The notes under the pieces were generated by a model, which saw only the letters and a list, made by a program, of their open reading frames with translations, did no database searches and was not told where the DNA came from. Shown piece after piece: positions 26,789 through 40,113 of a stretch of DNA of 64,000 nt. The position numbers and the translations under genes are program-made. Numbering within the stretch: position 1 is the first letter of the stretch; each line of letters starts with the position of its first letter. This DNA is from the human T2T-CHM13v2.0 reference genome, Homo sapiens, in the NCBI RefSeq assembly GCF_009914755.1, contig NC_060932.1. One strand, given 5' to 3'.

Positions 26789-27879
26789 CCCCTATTCAAA
26801 TTACATCCCTTTATCTTCTCCCCAGCAAGCACCACTATGTATACGTATATACATAAACACACATAAGCATATTTTATATCTGTATATGTGAGATCAAATG
26901 CATCATAATTAATATGTAATATATGTACATATTATTTATATACAATTGTTATTTTCTATTCACGGTCTTTACATATAAGATCTAAATTATGTGAGAGCAG
27001 AGATTTTTATCTTATTAACTAGTCTTATCATGCATTCAATACAACAGTGCCTGATACATAATATAGCCTCAATAAATATTTGTTGAATGAATGAAAGGAC
27101 TTCAACTAGCCCACATTTCCCAGGAGATAACTTTATTTTGTAAACCCTTGATTGAAAACTACTAAGTGATAAAAGTGTCAGTTTTGAAAGTTTTTCTTCA
27201 TTAATTCATGATTCTAACCATTTTATTCCTTATGGCCAGTATTTTGTGTGATCTTAATAACATCTTTGTTTATCTTAATGTCACAAAGATTTGTTACTAT
27301 GATTTACTCTAAAAGCTGTAATTTTATTTATTTATTTAATTATTTTTACATTCAAATCCAAAGTGTATGTGGAGTTATTTATTGTTTTATCTATAATGTG
27401 ATGTAAAGATCAAGTTTATTTTCCTCATATTCAATAAACTCAGAAAAAGTTATTAAGAAAATCTTGAGTATTACCATTTCTATAAATCATATGTGTATAT
27501 ATGTTGTGGATCTGTTTCTACACTCTCTTCTGCTTTACTAGCTTACCCATCTCTCTTTTAACCAATATCATTCTCCCCAATAGCTATATCATTAAAATAC
27601 ACCATATTACCAAGTTAAAAAAATTTGTATTATTTTTAGGAATGTTTTTACTTTGTATTTATGTTATGAGTGTTTTCATATGTTGAAAACATATGTTGAA
27701 TTTATGTTATGAATGTTTTAACTTTGCATTCTTTTTAGGAATGTTTCTATTATCCTTGACCATATTTATTTCCACTTAAATTTTCCTTTCAGGTACCCAT
27801 AGGACATCCATATACCATGCTAAGTTAGCAGTAGGATGGTCAAGACTATTGCCCAGGATGTAAATCTACCTTTGTTTAG

Positions 27880-28220
27880 AGTAAGAGACATTGAATATAT
27901 AGAGATCGCTTGAAACCATGAGACTAGAAGAATGAGGCATGTGGAGAGAGAAAAGAAGCAAGAAGAACCTATTGATTACTAACATTTAAGGAGCAGGACG
28001 AAAATCCTTAATGAATATCCAGAGAGGTAGGAAGAAAAGCAAAAGCAAGATTGTTACAGAAAATGAGGACAGATAATGTTTCAAGGGAAGAATTGCCACA
28101 GTTTCACGTGATAGAGGTCGTGTTATCAATAGATAAACATTGAGAGTACAATTGGTGCTCTTAAGAGCACCCATATAGCTGATGATTCAAATAGGTTTCA
28201 TGGTGAGTGGGAGAGGATGA
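27880..28220 (-). mobile_element. L2 relic
   Basis: Purine-rich 'gaaaccatgagactaga...ccagagaggtaggaagaaaa...aatgtttcaaggga' typical of antisense L2. Confidence 0.55.
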
Positions 28221-29489
28221 TACGAAGTCAGCAAATGTGGACAAATGTATCCAAATGTGGAATTGTTAGATTAGACACTCATGCTAAAAAGATAGTGTGT
28301 GTGTGTATATATATATATATCATATATATGTATTTCAAATACATATGTGTGTGTATGTGTTATCTGAAAGGCCTATCTTTTAAAACATTTTTCTCTTTAC
28401 AGTATTTTAAAAGTCTCTTAAATTTTAAGAATTAGTAGCCCCCACTGAACATCTCTTGAAGTATCATAAAAGCCCTATTATTTGATGTTATTCAAGCAGT
28501 GGTTGGTTTTACAAAGTCAGTTGAGGCAGCAAATCATAAAAATAATACCTGAATATGTTCAACAGGTTGTTTTAATTTAAAACATATAAATATGTGTTGA
28601 ATTGTCAACCTTTGATATGAGACCAATCTTTTAATATAGTTCTGCTTATTCTCATTTCTAAACTGTTGCTTTTGCATAAATAGCCAATGATATAATCACT
28701 ATGAGTATTAGTATCACTTTCTTTGATACTGTGTCAAAGATACTTTCTTTGACGTAGTGATACTCATAGTGATACTATGAGTATCAGTACCAATTTCTTT
28801 AAAGTCGAACAAAAATTTAAACACTTATAAAAGATTCTAAATACAAAACAATTTTCATATTTTAAAAATGTTCAAGTCTTTTGTGGATGTTTTGGCCCAT
28901 ATCTAATTTCACAGTAATAATTTTTAAGTTACCATTGTTGAATAATTTTAAATTACTCAACTGAAGTTTCAAACATTCAATGCTATTTTCATATTTATAT
29001 GACATCTAAATGTTTAATTCAACTATACAATTAGGTAGCCAGTGAAGCTGCCATAAGAAATATAGCAAATACAACCAAGTTTTAGTAGGCATTAAGTTTC
29101 AGTTTGCCTGTTCAAACCAATAAGTAGACAACATGTTGAGAGCATGAAGCATGCCACGACCACCAGTCAGTATACACAAAAAGGAAGCAGAAAATGTTTG
29201 ATGAACCAGCAAGTCTCTTACAATGGGGTTAGTCAAAAGACCATCTACTTAAGGTAATTAACATGTATGTTTATTATTTAGCATGGTATTTCTTTGTATT
29301 TAGTGTATTAGTGAAAAGAAAGTTTCAGCGTAGGGAGACATAAAATAGGTACGTTTAAAGTAACAAGGAGTAGGTAAAGAATATTTCAGAAGCATGGGCA
29401 CTTTCTGCACAATGTATAATGACTGAATGCTAGGGCCAATCTTGGAACAGATTTCAGAAATTAACACTGATACACTAATGACATATAAG

Positions 29490-30035
29490 TATCTCTTAGC
29501 CCTAACCTATCTCTAGAACAGCAGATTTATATGTTAAACAGTGTTTTTGACATTATAACCCCATGATCTCTAATAGGTATATCAAAACTAATGAAAGCAA
29601 AACAGAACTTCTAATTTCTCCTCTATCACAACCTACCATCTTACAGGGACTTCTGCTGATTTACCTCTTTAGATGCTTTTTCTGTACCCATGCCTCTACA
29701 AATCTCTAACTCTAGCTTCAAAATGGTTTTGAACCTATTTATTTCTGCTTGTTTTTTATGATTACCACAATCGTTTAAATTACCATCTTCTATAATCTAA
29801 ATTAATGCCATCGGCTCCTAGTTAATTTTTTCATTCTCTGCAATCCATTCTTCTGAGTAATCATTAAAAAGTATAAATGAGATTGTATTATCTTCCAGTC
29901 TCTTAATGGGTTCCTAGCACAATAAAATCTAACTCTTTACTAGATTTAAAAACCTTGCATGTCCTGGCTCTTGATCATCTCTCTACCCTCTTTTACTTCT
30001 TTTTCTTCCACTGGCCATTATGCTTCAGCCACTTT
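29490..30035 (+). mobile_element. L2 relic
   Basis: 'ctctaataggtatatcaaaactaa...aaaacagaacttctaatt', 'caatccattct', 'aataaaatctaactcttta', 'tatgcttcagccac'. Confidence 0.6.
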
Positions 30036-31360
30036 ATCCTCATATTATGCAGATATTTTATTTATTGTGCACACAATATATTCATTTTCTATTAGCTAAT
30101 TATCAATCTAAGTCATTCTCTAAAGTCAATAATTAGATTTCTATTTATTATGTAAGAGAAAGTGAACTGTGTGGACAAGATATTAGGACTGTCACAGAGG
30201 TTAAATTGCTGTTAGTCTTAGTTTCAAAGGAACTAAAACTCTATGATTGATGAGCCATGGGAATAAAACGGTTTCTTCCACATACAGGCCTACTGGGAAA
30301 TGTAAAAGAAAAAAACACTAGGAGATAGATAATAGAAAGTAGGTTCAAAGAAATACATAGGTAGAGAAATAATATATTGATCATCTTAACTAGGATTTTT
30401 GAGATTGAAAAGAACTACCATTAGTAATCACACTAGTGTAAACCAGGACTCTTACAGGCACACCTGTCCTAGATTGCAACCTATGAGAAAGACCAATATT
30501 TTACCATAGAACAGAGTCAGCATTGTTTGCGTAAGAAATAACCCAGGATATAATATGGGTTATTTATAGTATTATTAATTTGCTTTATATTTCACTTTAC
30601 GTATAATCTGTGCTTAGCCAGATCCTTGGAAGAAGAAGCTATTATCTATGAGATTTAGTCTCTGGTTGTTATAATAATCCAAACAAGAAAACCCTAAGGA
30701 GAAGCAGAATTTCCAAGGGAACAGAGCAAAAGGTGACAGGGTAACCAACCTTCCCTATACATGGACCTGTCTTTCCAATGTTAAATAGTTGAAATTGTAT
30801 TTATGGCTGAGGGTTATAATCCCTTCATATTTCCATTGAGAATACCCAATCAAATCCATTACCAAACTTAACTATCTGAACATTAAAAACTAAGATTTAA
30901 GCTTTAGTGCAATTTTCATTGTACTAGATCGTATCTTTGAAAAGTCACTGTATGATTAGAGTAGTGTGTCATTTCTATACAGGTACATAAATCAATGTGT
31001 ATAAATATTCTCAGTATCATCTACATGAGTGAATCATGAATTATATACTGATTTACCTTTTGAGGTCATTGTTCTATGTTTCAGTGATACTACTAATGTA
31101 CACAACAGAAAAAGCCTGGAAGAGAGGAAAAGTCATTTGGGATCAAAGATACAAAGAATACCATCTATACAAAAATTTAAGCTTAACAGTGTAACGTTTT
31201 CTCTTATTTCATTGTTTTTCACAGTGTGGCTCAAGTGACATTCATCATAATCACATATGTACTCTTCAAAAATGCAAGTTCATTGGTTCTATTTCATCAT
31301 ATGGAACTGGAATTTATAGAGAGTAGATCTAGAAGTATTTTTAAGATGGGACCAAGGTGA

Positions 31361-31669
<309 letters not shown>

Positions 31670-32980
31670 CAAAGTGATTTTTTTTGCAGTTTAAAAAACT
31701 GTGAACCAATCATCCACATCTAAGGGCTTGACATACTTTTATCACACAAATATATTTTGGAAAAAAGCATAGAAAGAGGTGATTTTCTTTATTGATGCAA
31801 CTAAGAATAAACAGTCTTTTCCAACAATTATTTGAAATTTTCCTTCTGTAAAAAAGAAAAACTCTTTGTACAGCACGGGAGAAAGATGACTTACTAAATA
31901 ATTACAAGAGAAAATGGCAAAGGAAAAATACACATGTAAAGATTTTAAATATTTAAAAATAATGAAATTTGATGAAATAATTGGAACGATTCTAATTATC
32001 CTAATATATAATTAAAATTATTTAAATGAATATAACAATAAATGTATGCTTTTAACTGTACATTATAAAGAATATAACAAAGAAAAAACAGGAAAAAATG
32101 TAAGCACATTTATATTACTCCATATTTGATTCTGGGCTTAATACATTTTTTCTAATACATATTTAAGCTAATGCCACCATTTAGATTATTAAATTTAAAA
32201 ATTAAGAACAAAATGAGAGAGAAGTCTAAGAGTGGGCTATAGGGATTTTTGGAAATTTCAAAGTTATGGGACTAAACTAAAAATAGTCATGAAAAAGAAA
32301 GAATGTGTCAACTAAAATGTGAGAGTTAATTGATACACACATGAGGCTTTACATGGAACAAAAGTTGTAAAAAGACCTATATTCATGGAAAAAATGGGGA
32401 AATTTTATATATTACATGGTCTTAGTTCCTAACTATACTGTTCAGTATTAAGTTTCTAAATTACTTTGAACTCTTTTAATACTAAAGAATAAAAACATAC
32501 ATTAAAGATTTTTACATCTCCATATCAAACTCCCCGAGTATTTGTTCAAGAAACATTTTTTAAAAGCATCGAAGTGATGAAAATGAATTCCATAAGGTAT
32601 GCTTACATATGCTAAAAGCAAAATTTATTTTTCTAATCTCGGAAAACATCTGTACTTTATAACACATTTTTGGGTGTGTAATTGTTTTTCATACAAAATG
32701 GTTAGGCCACCATTACACTTTTCTTCTTCAATAGCAGAAATGCATTTCTAACTCCTTTAGTTAGCCTAAAATTGATAAAGTGGTTTTATTTTTTGTTTTT
32801 TTTCATGTTTATGACTAATTTTTCTAAATGATATTTGAGTATCACTATGCATTATTAGCTGCAGGCCAGAAGGAGGAGAGAGGAAATTAGCTGTCACCCA
32901 CAGCCGTGTTTTCTATGTTCTCATAAGCAAAAAGGGCTAAGTTATTTTGTGTTGGTCATGCATGCAGATCATCTCATTTC

Positions 32981-33783
32981 TTTTTTTTTTTTAATACTTA
33001 AGTTCTGGGATACATGTGCAGAACGTGCAGGTTTGTTACACAGGTATACATGTGCCACGGTGGTTTGCTGCACCCGTTAACCTGTCATCTACATTAGGTA
33101 TTTCTCCTAATGCTATCCCACCCCTTGCCCGCTACCCCATGACAGGCCCAGTGTGTGATGTTCCCCTCCCTGTACCCACATGTTCTCATTATTCAACTCC
33201 CACTTTTGAGTGAGAACATGTGATATTTGGTTTTCTTTTCTTGTGTTAGTTTGCTGAGAATGATAGTTTCCAGCTTCATCCATGTCCCTGCAAAGGACAT
33301 AAACTCATCCTTTTTTATGGCTGCAGAGTATTCCTTGGTATATATGTGTCACATTTTCTATATCCAGTCTATCATTGATGGGCATTTGGGTTAGTTCCAA
33401 GTCTTTGCTATTGTGAATAGTGCTGCAATAAACATATGTGTGCATGTGCATTTATAGTAGAATGATTTATAATCCTTAGGTTATATACCCAGTAATGGGA
33501 TTGCTGGGTCAAATGGTATTTCAGGTTCTAGATCCTTCAGGCATCACCACACTGTCTTCCACAATGGTTGAACTAATTTACACCCCCACCAACAGTGTAA
33601 AAGAGTTCCCATTTCTCCACATCTTCTCCAGCATCTGTTGTTTCCTGACTTTTTAATGATCACCATTCTAACTGGCGTAAGATGGTATCTCATTGTGGTT
33701 TTGACTGGCATTTCTCTAATGACCAGTGATGATGAGCTTTTCTTTTTCATATGTTTGTTGGCTGCATAAGTGTATTTTTTTGA
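32981..33783 (-). mobile_element. L1PA7-like 5'-truncated 3' fragment
   Basis: 'agttctgggatacatgtgcagaacgtgcagg...tcatctacattaggtatttctcctaatgctatccc'; ORF 33544-33834 gives the ORF2 C-terminal peptide. Confidence 0.92.
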
Positions 33784-35309
33784 AATTTTTCTATTAAAAA
33801 TTAGACTCATGCATACATTAATACATATTGACAAAGAATTTCAAGTTAACATGATTTTTAACACTGCACAAAATTTGCATTTTGTACTATATAAATAAGT
33901 GAACTATTTGACACTAGAGCAAGAAAATGGCAAAATTAAAATAAAGTAGCATAAATGAGTGAACTATAATGAAATGTGAGAGAATAAAAGCACTGTCTTA
34001 CCTAATTAAGCATTTGTAGCTCATTTTATTTCAGATAATCTTCCACTTTGGCAACTCATTGTAATTAGAAATGTTCTACATTTTGTTGTGCTAATGAAAG
34101 AATATTTGTTGTAAAGAACATTTTCATTAATTTTTGATTTTTGGTTTTTGATACTGACATAATGGTTGTTAGAAGGAGAGTATATCATAACCTTGTTACT
34201 AAAAAAAAATCTCTTTTTTTCTATTTTAATTTCAAAATTGTCTTTACAATTTCAGTGATTAGAACAAAGTACATAAATTTGAGACTAGGCTGTTACAAAA
34301 ATATGGTCTGTGTGACAGCACAAGAATATACTAGTTTGATAGAAGATGACTTCAAGCTCATCCTGTCTTCTATTCACATGGCTGCTTTGCTTTTGGTCAT
34401 CATTCTATAGTATTTTCTCCGAAGGCAGTTGATACTTTGTCAGGAGTTGTTCTTTAGAAAAGGTATTGTCTACATTTGAATATGGCTTTCTTTTTGTCTG
34501 TTTCAAAATTGTTGATTGTGTTTCTAGGTAGTAAATCTTTCAACCATTGATCCAAAATTGCAAAGCACATAAAAACAGTGTCTGAAGATTGTGTGGGTGT
34601 TCATGTGCATGTTCAACTCCGCTAGTAGTTTCCTCTCTTTCTCTTTTTCTCTCTCACACTCATACACACACACACTTAAATCTCACAGATTATGCTAGGG
34701 AATGAGAGCCAATATGGCCAGGTATCATAAGTGATTAAGTCTTTCCACTTTATGTAGCAGGCTTCAATCAGGTTATTGCATTCTACCTTAAGGTTGTGGC
34801 ACTCACTTTAGGTGTGATGAAAATATGCATTTACATTTAACTAATTTTTTCCAGAAGGAGAGTAAGGCAACATTTTACATTAAAAAAAAAAAAAAAAACA
34901 GAAGCTATTTCCATGATATGTTTATTCTTAGGCTATGAGTCATTGCACTGCATTTAATTGTTTTATTGACATTGATGATAGAATACAGCAACATTTTCTT
35001 TCTCTGCTTATCACTTTAGCTGATTGCTAGATTACTTTCCACTGATTAAAAATGGCTATTTCTTACACAACTTGCTTCTCATAGTGTCAGTTGATATTTA
35101 AAAGCAATAGGCAATTCATCTCCCTTTCATCGTTTCCATAATGTTTAAAAATTTTGCATGATTTCTAGGCAAAGATGCTCTTTCTTCGTCATACCTTCTT
35201 GTTTCTATAATTCAATGTAGTATATATTAGCTTTAAAATCAGAATATGAATTTTCAGTGGAACTTTCTTCACCATCATCAAAGAAATGGATGCCTGGTAT
35301 CTCCACTCA

Positions 35310-35321
35310 TCTCTCTCTCTT

Positions 35322-35351
<30 letters not shown>
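35310..35351. repeat. (CT)n microsatellite
   Basis: Direct reading. Confidence 0.9.
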
Positions 35352-35352
<1 letters not shown>

Positions 35353-35755
35353 TTGTTTTGTTTTTAATGTAGCTTAATTGGAGTCATGACGATAACCCAG
35401 AAATAACAATGATACTACCCAAGACGATGTTCTTGTCAAATTGAGGATTAAATATATCAACTATCAGCACCCTTTATATTTGTAGTAAGAAAAAATGTCA
35501 TTCATTAAAGTGTTGACACTGAAAGTGCAGTTTGATATATAAAATATTACTTGGATAATATTTGAATAAAGCATTTACTTTAGCAAAATAGGGAAAACTG
35601 TTAATGATTACTTTTGTATTGAAAATATGTTTACTTTAGAGCAGTTTGCTCCAAGACTTAATAAGTGATTAAATCTTTCCACTTTTTGTAACATTTTTCA
35701 AATAAATATTGAATATGATAATCACCTGTTCACTTTGAGGATTTTGATGAGAATA

Positions 35756-36093
35756 TAGTTCTGTTCCACATAATGATGTTTTGATCAATGATGATCACAT
35801 ATATGAAGCTGTTCGCATAAGATTATCTTACTTTTACGGTACCTTTTCTATGTTTAGATATGTTCAGATGCACAAAGACTTACCACTGTGTTACAATTGC
35901 TTACTGTATTCAGTACAGAAACATGCTGTAAAAGTTTGTAGCCTAGGAAAATAGGCCAAACCATATAACCTATGTGTGTAGTCGGCAATACTATCTAGGT
36001 TTGTATAAGTACACTTTATGCTGTTTGCATAGATAAAATTGCCTAATGATGCATTTCTCAGAAAGTATTTCTGTTGTTAATTGACATACAATG
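35756..36093. mobile_element. Tigger3a (MER7A)-like DNA transposon
   Basis: 'taccttttctatgtttagatatg...tgtgttacaattgc...tttgtagcctagg...gcctaatgatgcatttctcagaa'; ~340 bp with TA flanks. Confidence 0.88.
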
Positions 36094-36959
36094 TAACTAC
36101 ATTTAGATTCATGCAATTAACATGTAGGCACAAGCAACATGCAGAGAAGCAACAAGAATGAACCATCTAAGTGGTATTTACATGATCTTTAAGAATATGG
36201 CATCAACAGAGCTTAACTTCCAAATCTGAATAAAAACATTCCACGATAGTCCTTTCGAACAAATTAAGTGTTTCAGGGAAAGCTGGTGATCTAAACAAAT
36301 TTCCTTGGACTGGAGATATTTCTACAACCACTGAAATTGTACTGAATTACTTATTTGCTTTTGATAAAAGCATCGAATGCCTTGATATATTTAAGAGAAT
36401 CAGATTTTCAAAAAATGATTATTGCTGTCAGTATTGCTCTTGGTACACATCGTCTCCAATGTTATGAGTATATAGTATATGCTAAGCACCCACATCTATT
36501 ATTTTAATTAATTCTCACAATAACCCTTTAATTAATTGTAGTGATGAATTAATGTCAATATGAAAACATTATTAAGATATTATTAACGAAGTCAATTTGA
36601 TTAGATCTTCAATAAGGCTACCGTTGATGGGGACAAATGGAAGAAAAAAATAAGTCATATTTTAAAAAATCTATTCTGTGAGATCTGGCACATGTTTAAA
36701 TGTGACAGGAAAGGGAAAAGATGAGGTCTAAGATGGCTTCTAGATGTGAAGCCATTTGTAAAGATCAAAACTGGGTAAACATTATTTGAACCAAATCTGA
36801 GCCTATTAGAAAGACTTCTGAGTTTTATGTAACATTCCATGCTATAGTGGAAAAAATGGCCTACATTTTCTGATTGATGTACAGCAGATACAGGTAAAAT
36901 GTTGGATATCTTGAAACTCATGAATTTGTATCAGGATCCAGTGGGTATTTATCTTTCCA

Positions 36960-37048
36960 GTGAGTTAAGATTCCACCCCTGCACTCCAAACTGGGCGACA
37001 GAGCAACAGAACAAGACTCCATCCCAAAAAAAAGAAAGAAAAGAAAGA
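36960..37048 (+). mobile_element. Severely 5'-truncated Alu fragment
   Basis: 'gtgagttaagatt...ctgcactccaaactgggcgacagagcaa...gactccatc' followed by an A/GAAA tail. Confidence 0.85.
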
Positions 37049-37809
37049 TTTGTCTGCAGCATCCATAATTCATCAGTTCTGTTACCTGCTTTCATAAATA
37101 TAATAACGATTTATTACATAATTTATAATGATTTTGTACATATTTATGAAATGGAGAGAAAGAAGAGAATACATTTGTGCCAAGACATACAGATTATGAA
37201 AGCCTAAACAGGAATATATATATAATCTGTTTTGAATTCTTACTTTTCAATGACAAAACTGAAGATCAGAAAGATGAAAAGACTTTTCTAAAGTTATACA
37301 GTAAGAGCAGACGTAGAAGTGTCATGTACAGCTCCTTCCTGAACTCTGTTAACCTTTTACCTGATACCATGATAATATTGTGATTCATGCATATATATGT
37401 CATCGGTCATAGAAAGATATTGAGCTTGATATTAACCAAGCTCAATATCAGCAGATAGGGAAGTAAACTACATTCGTGTTGATTCCATAGTGAAGGTGTG
37501 AATGCAGAGTGGGGAGAAGGATTGAGATCAATTATGCAATTGACCATTCCATTTATTCAAACATACTTTTTAGAATGACAGTAATATCTTGTATGAAATG
37601 ACTTAGAGTCAAGTGGATAGGAAAATTAAGTATGTTTCATGTAGGCTTAGTGACTTAACATACATATTTAAATATGTAAAGGTAAATCCTTTTATATTTC
37701 AATTCATAAGTCTTCTTATAGCAAACAGAACATGTTCTCATTCCACTCAATTATCCTGCTTTTATTTATTTTTCTCTCTTCCTTTCCAGAAAAGAATTAG
37801 AAAACGTAT

Positions 37810-38040
37810 TTTATGGTCAGTTATTAAGTATGCAGGCTGTAAGGTCAGATTACCCAAATAAAAATTGTGCCATCTATTCTTTATTTGATTTAGGGTCCAT
37901 CATTTATTTTCTCTAAGCCTTGGCTGTACAACAGTGTTAAATATCACCTCAAAAAGTTGTTGGGAAAAGCAGTTGAGCTAAAGCAGGAAAATCACTCAGC
38001 AAAGACCTGACACATAGTAAGTGCTCAATAAATGTTACTC
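37810..38040 (+). mobile_element. MIR SINE relic
   Basis: 'ttaagtatgcaggctgtaaggtcaga...ctctaagcct...cctgacacatagtaagtgctcaataaatgtta'. Confidence 0.75.
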
Positions 38041-39166
38041 TTTTTTGGTTTTAGCAGGAAATATTTTTGAAATTCTCAAAAAATAAATATAACAAAATAG
38101 GCCTGAATTGATTTTTTAGATACAATGTTTCTTTTGGTTACCAAAAAATCAAATGTATATGTCTTAGGAAGGTTTTGCCTATTCAAAGTAATTTAATTGA
38201 ATATGACTTTCTCCTTTTGTGATGTAAAAATACACAAGGGCCAGAAAATTTCTATTTCTCTATATAGGCAATTAAATTTATTTTCTATATGTCTTGAAAA
38301 ATAATACTGGTGGAACGAATCACACAGGAAGGATTATTTCTCATAACACTCTTTTCTACTGAAAGATTACTTTTGCTTCACTTGAAATGATCCTCAATTT
38401 AAATGAGGTTAAACAGGACTTAGTGCTTAAAATACTCTATTTATGATATATCTGTACATATTTGTGGTTAAAAATACAACAGTGTTTTAATCAAAGCAAA
38501 ACATCTTAGATATTATATTCTACATCCAACTGTTTAAAGGCTATGTAGTCACAGAGATTCTATTGTCTATGAACAGTATTTTATAAGGTGATAGTCTAAA
38601 AATATGGGAAATATTGGCAAGAAAGCTAGGTTCACAAATGTTCTTACTTTGTATTAAGAAAAAAACCTATAACTGTGTTTTTCAGGTTCTTACTTTAAAA
38701 AAGAAAAAAAATATCAGTTCTGCAGTAGTTATTGCAAGTAAATATTTGCTAATATCATAGATAACTCCAAAGAGAAAACAGGAAGAACTATTGTATTGTC
38801 CTATTTGACCAGTACCTCTAATATTCAATAGAATATTCAAAAGAGGTTAAAAATATTGAATTGGAAAAGTATGATAAATACTGAAACTGATGCATTGTGA
38901 TAAATCAAATCACATAATTTAAGATGAAAACTAACATTTTCTCAAAGCTAAATGAAAATGTCAACTATGTATTAAGAATCTAGGAAAGAATATATCCTTC
39001 ACTGAAAGAAATTCTGTTTTATTCAGTGATTACTAAACTTAGAGAATTTTTATTTTCCTAAAAGAGATAACAGAGAATGAAGGACTACGCTTGATATATA
39101 TAAAAGTATGCAAATCTGTATACTACAAGACTTTATATGCTGCCTACCAAAAGTCACTCCCAAAAT

Positions 39167-39181
39167 ATTTGCATTACAATG
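39167..39181 (-). promoter_or_regulatory. SOX-OCT composite motif CATTGTAATGCAAAT (candidate enhancer element)
   Basis: Plus-strand atttgcattacaatg is an exact CATTGT-n-ATGCAAAT on the minus strand, in non-repeat sequence; function not shown. Confidence 0.4.
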
Positions 39182-39726
39182 AGATGCTGATGCTGACCAT
39201 TCAATGCTGGCTCTGAAGCAAAATTAAGTGGGCCAGCTGAGGTATTATATCCTGGCAATATCTTAGCACAGTTCTCTACCACCCTTACAAATCTCTCCCC
39301 AGCCACAAAGACCTTTTCTGCTTCTCCTTCTGCTGCTCCTCCTTCATCCCTTCCTCCTTTCTCTTTTTACCAACATTAGAATATATAGATATACAGCCAC
39401 AAGTGGAGAAAAAAAAATTACACAGTTGTTATCAAAGCAATGCCGCAGTATTGAGGACTGGTCTAACTAATAGCAATTTAGAGACAACAAAAATTCCCCC
39501 ACGTAGCTAATGCAACAACGACACTTTCGAGATAAAAAGATAAATGTCAAATTAGAGTAAAGAAGAGAAATCTTGGGGGTCAGGATTTATTTGGCTCTTG
39601 AAGAATGAATAGGGGCTTACCAGGTGGAAAATTTCAGAATGGCATTCCAGGTAGGATAACATTGTATGTAAACGCACATTAGCTTTAAAGGCATGAAATG
39701 CCTGAGGTGTATAATACTCAAGCCAA

Positions 39727-40113
<387 letters not shown>

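Larger units (their letters stand above)
24480..27095 (+). mobile_element. L2 (L2a-like) relic in pieces, interrupted by L1PB4 and MLT1A
   Basis: 'aaagtcaccagtgaacttcatactactaagtccaatgg'; 'tctacacagctgtcagaacaatc'; canonical L2 end 'ctcaataaatatttgttgaatgaatgaa' at ~27068-27095. Confidence 0.8.

Noticed and set aside
30536-30565. 10-bp inverted repeat aaataaccca/tgggttattt (similar 8-bp ones near 28570 and 41101)
   Set aside because: Within chance expectation for 64 kb of AT-rich DNA.
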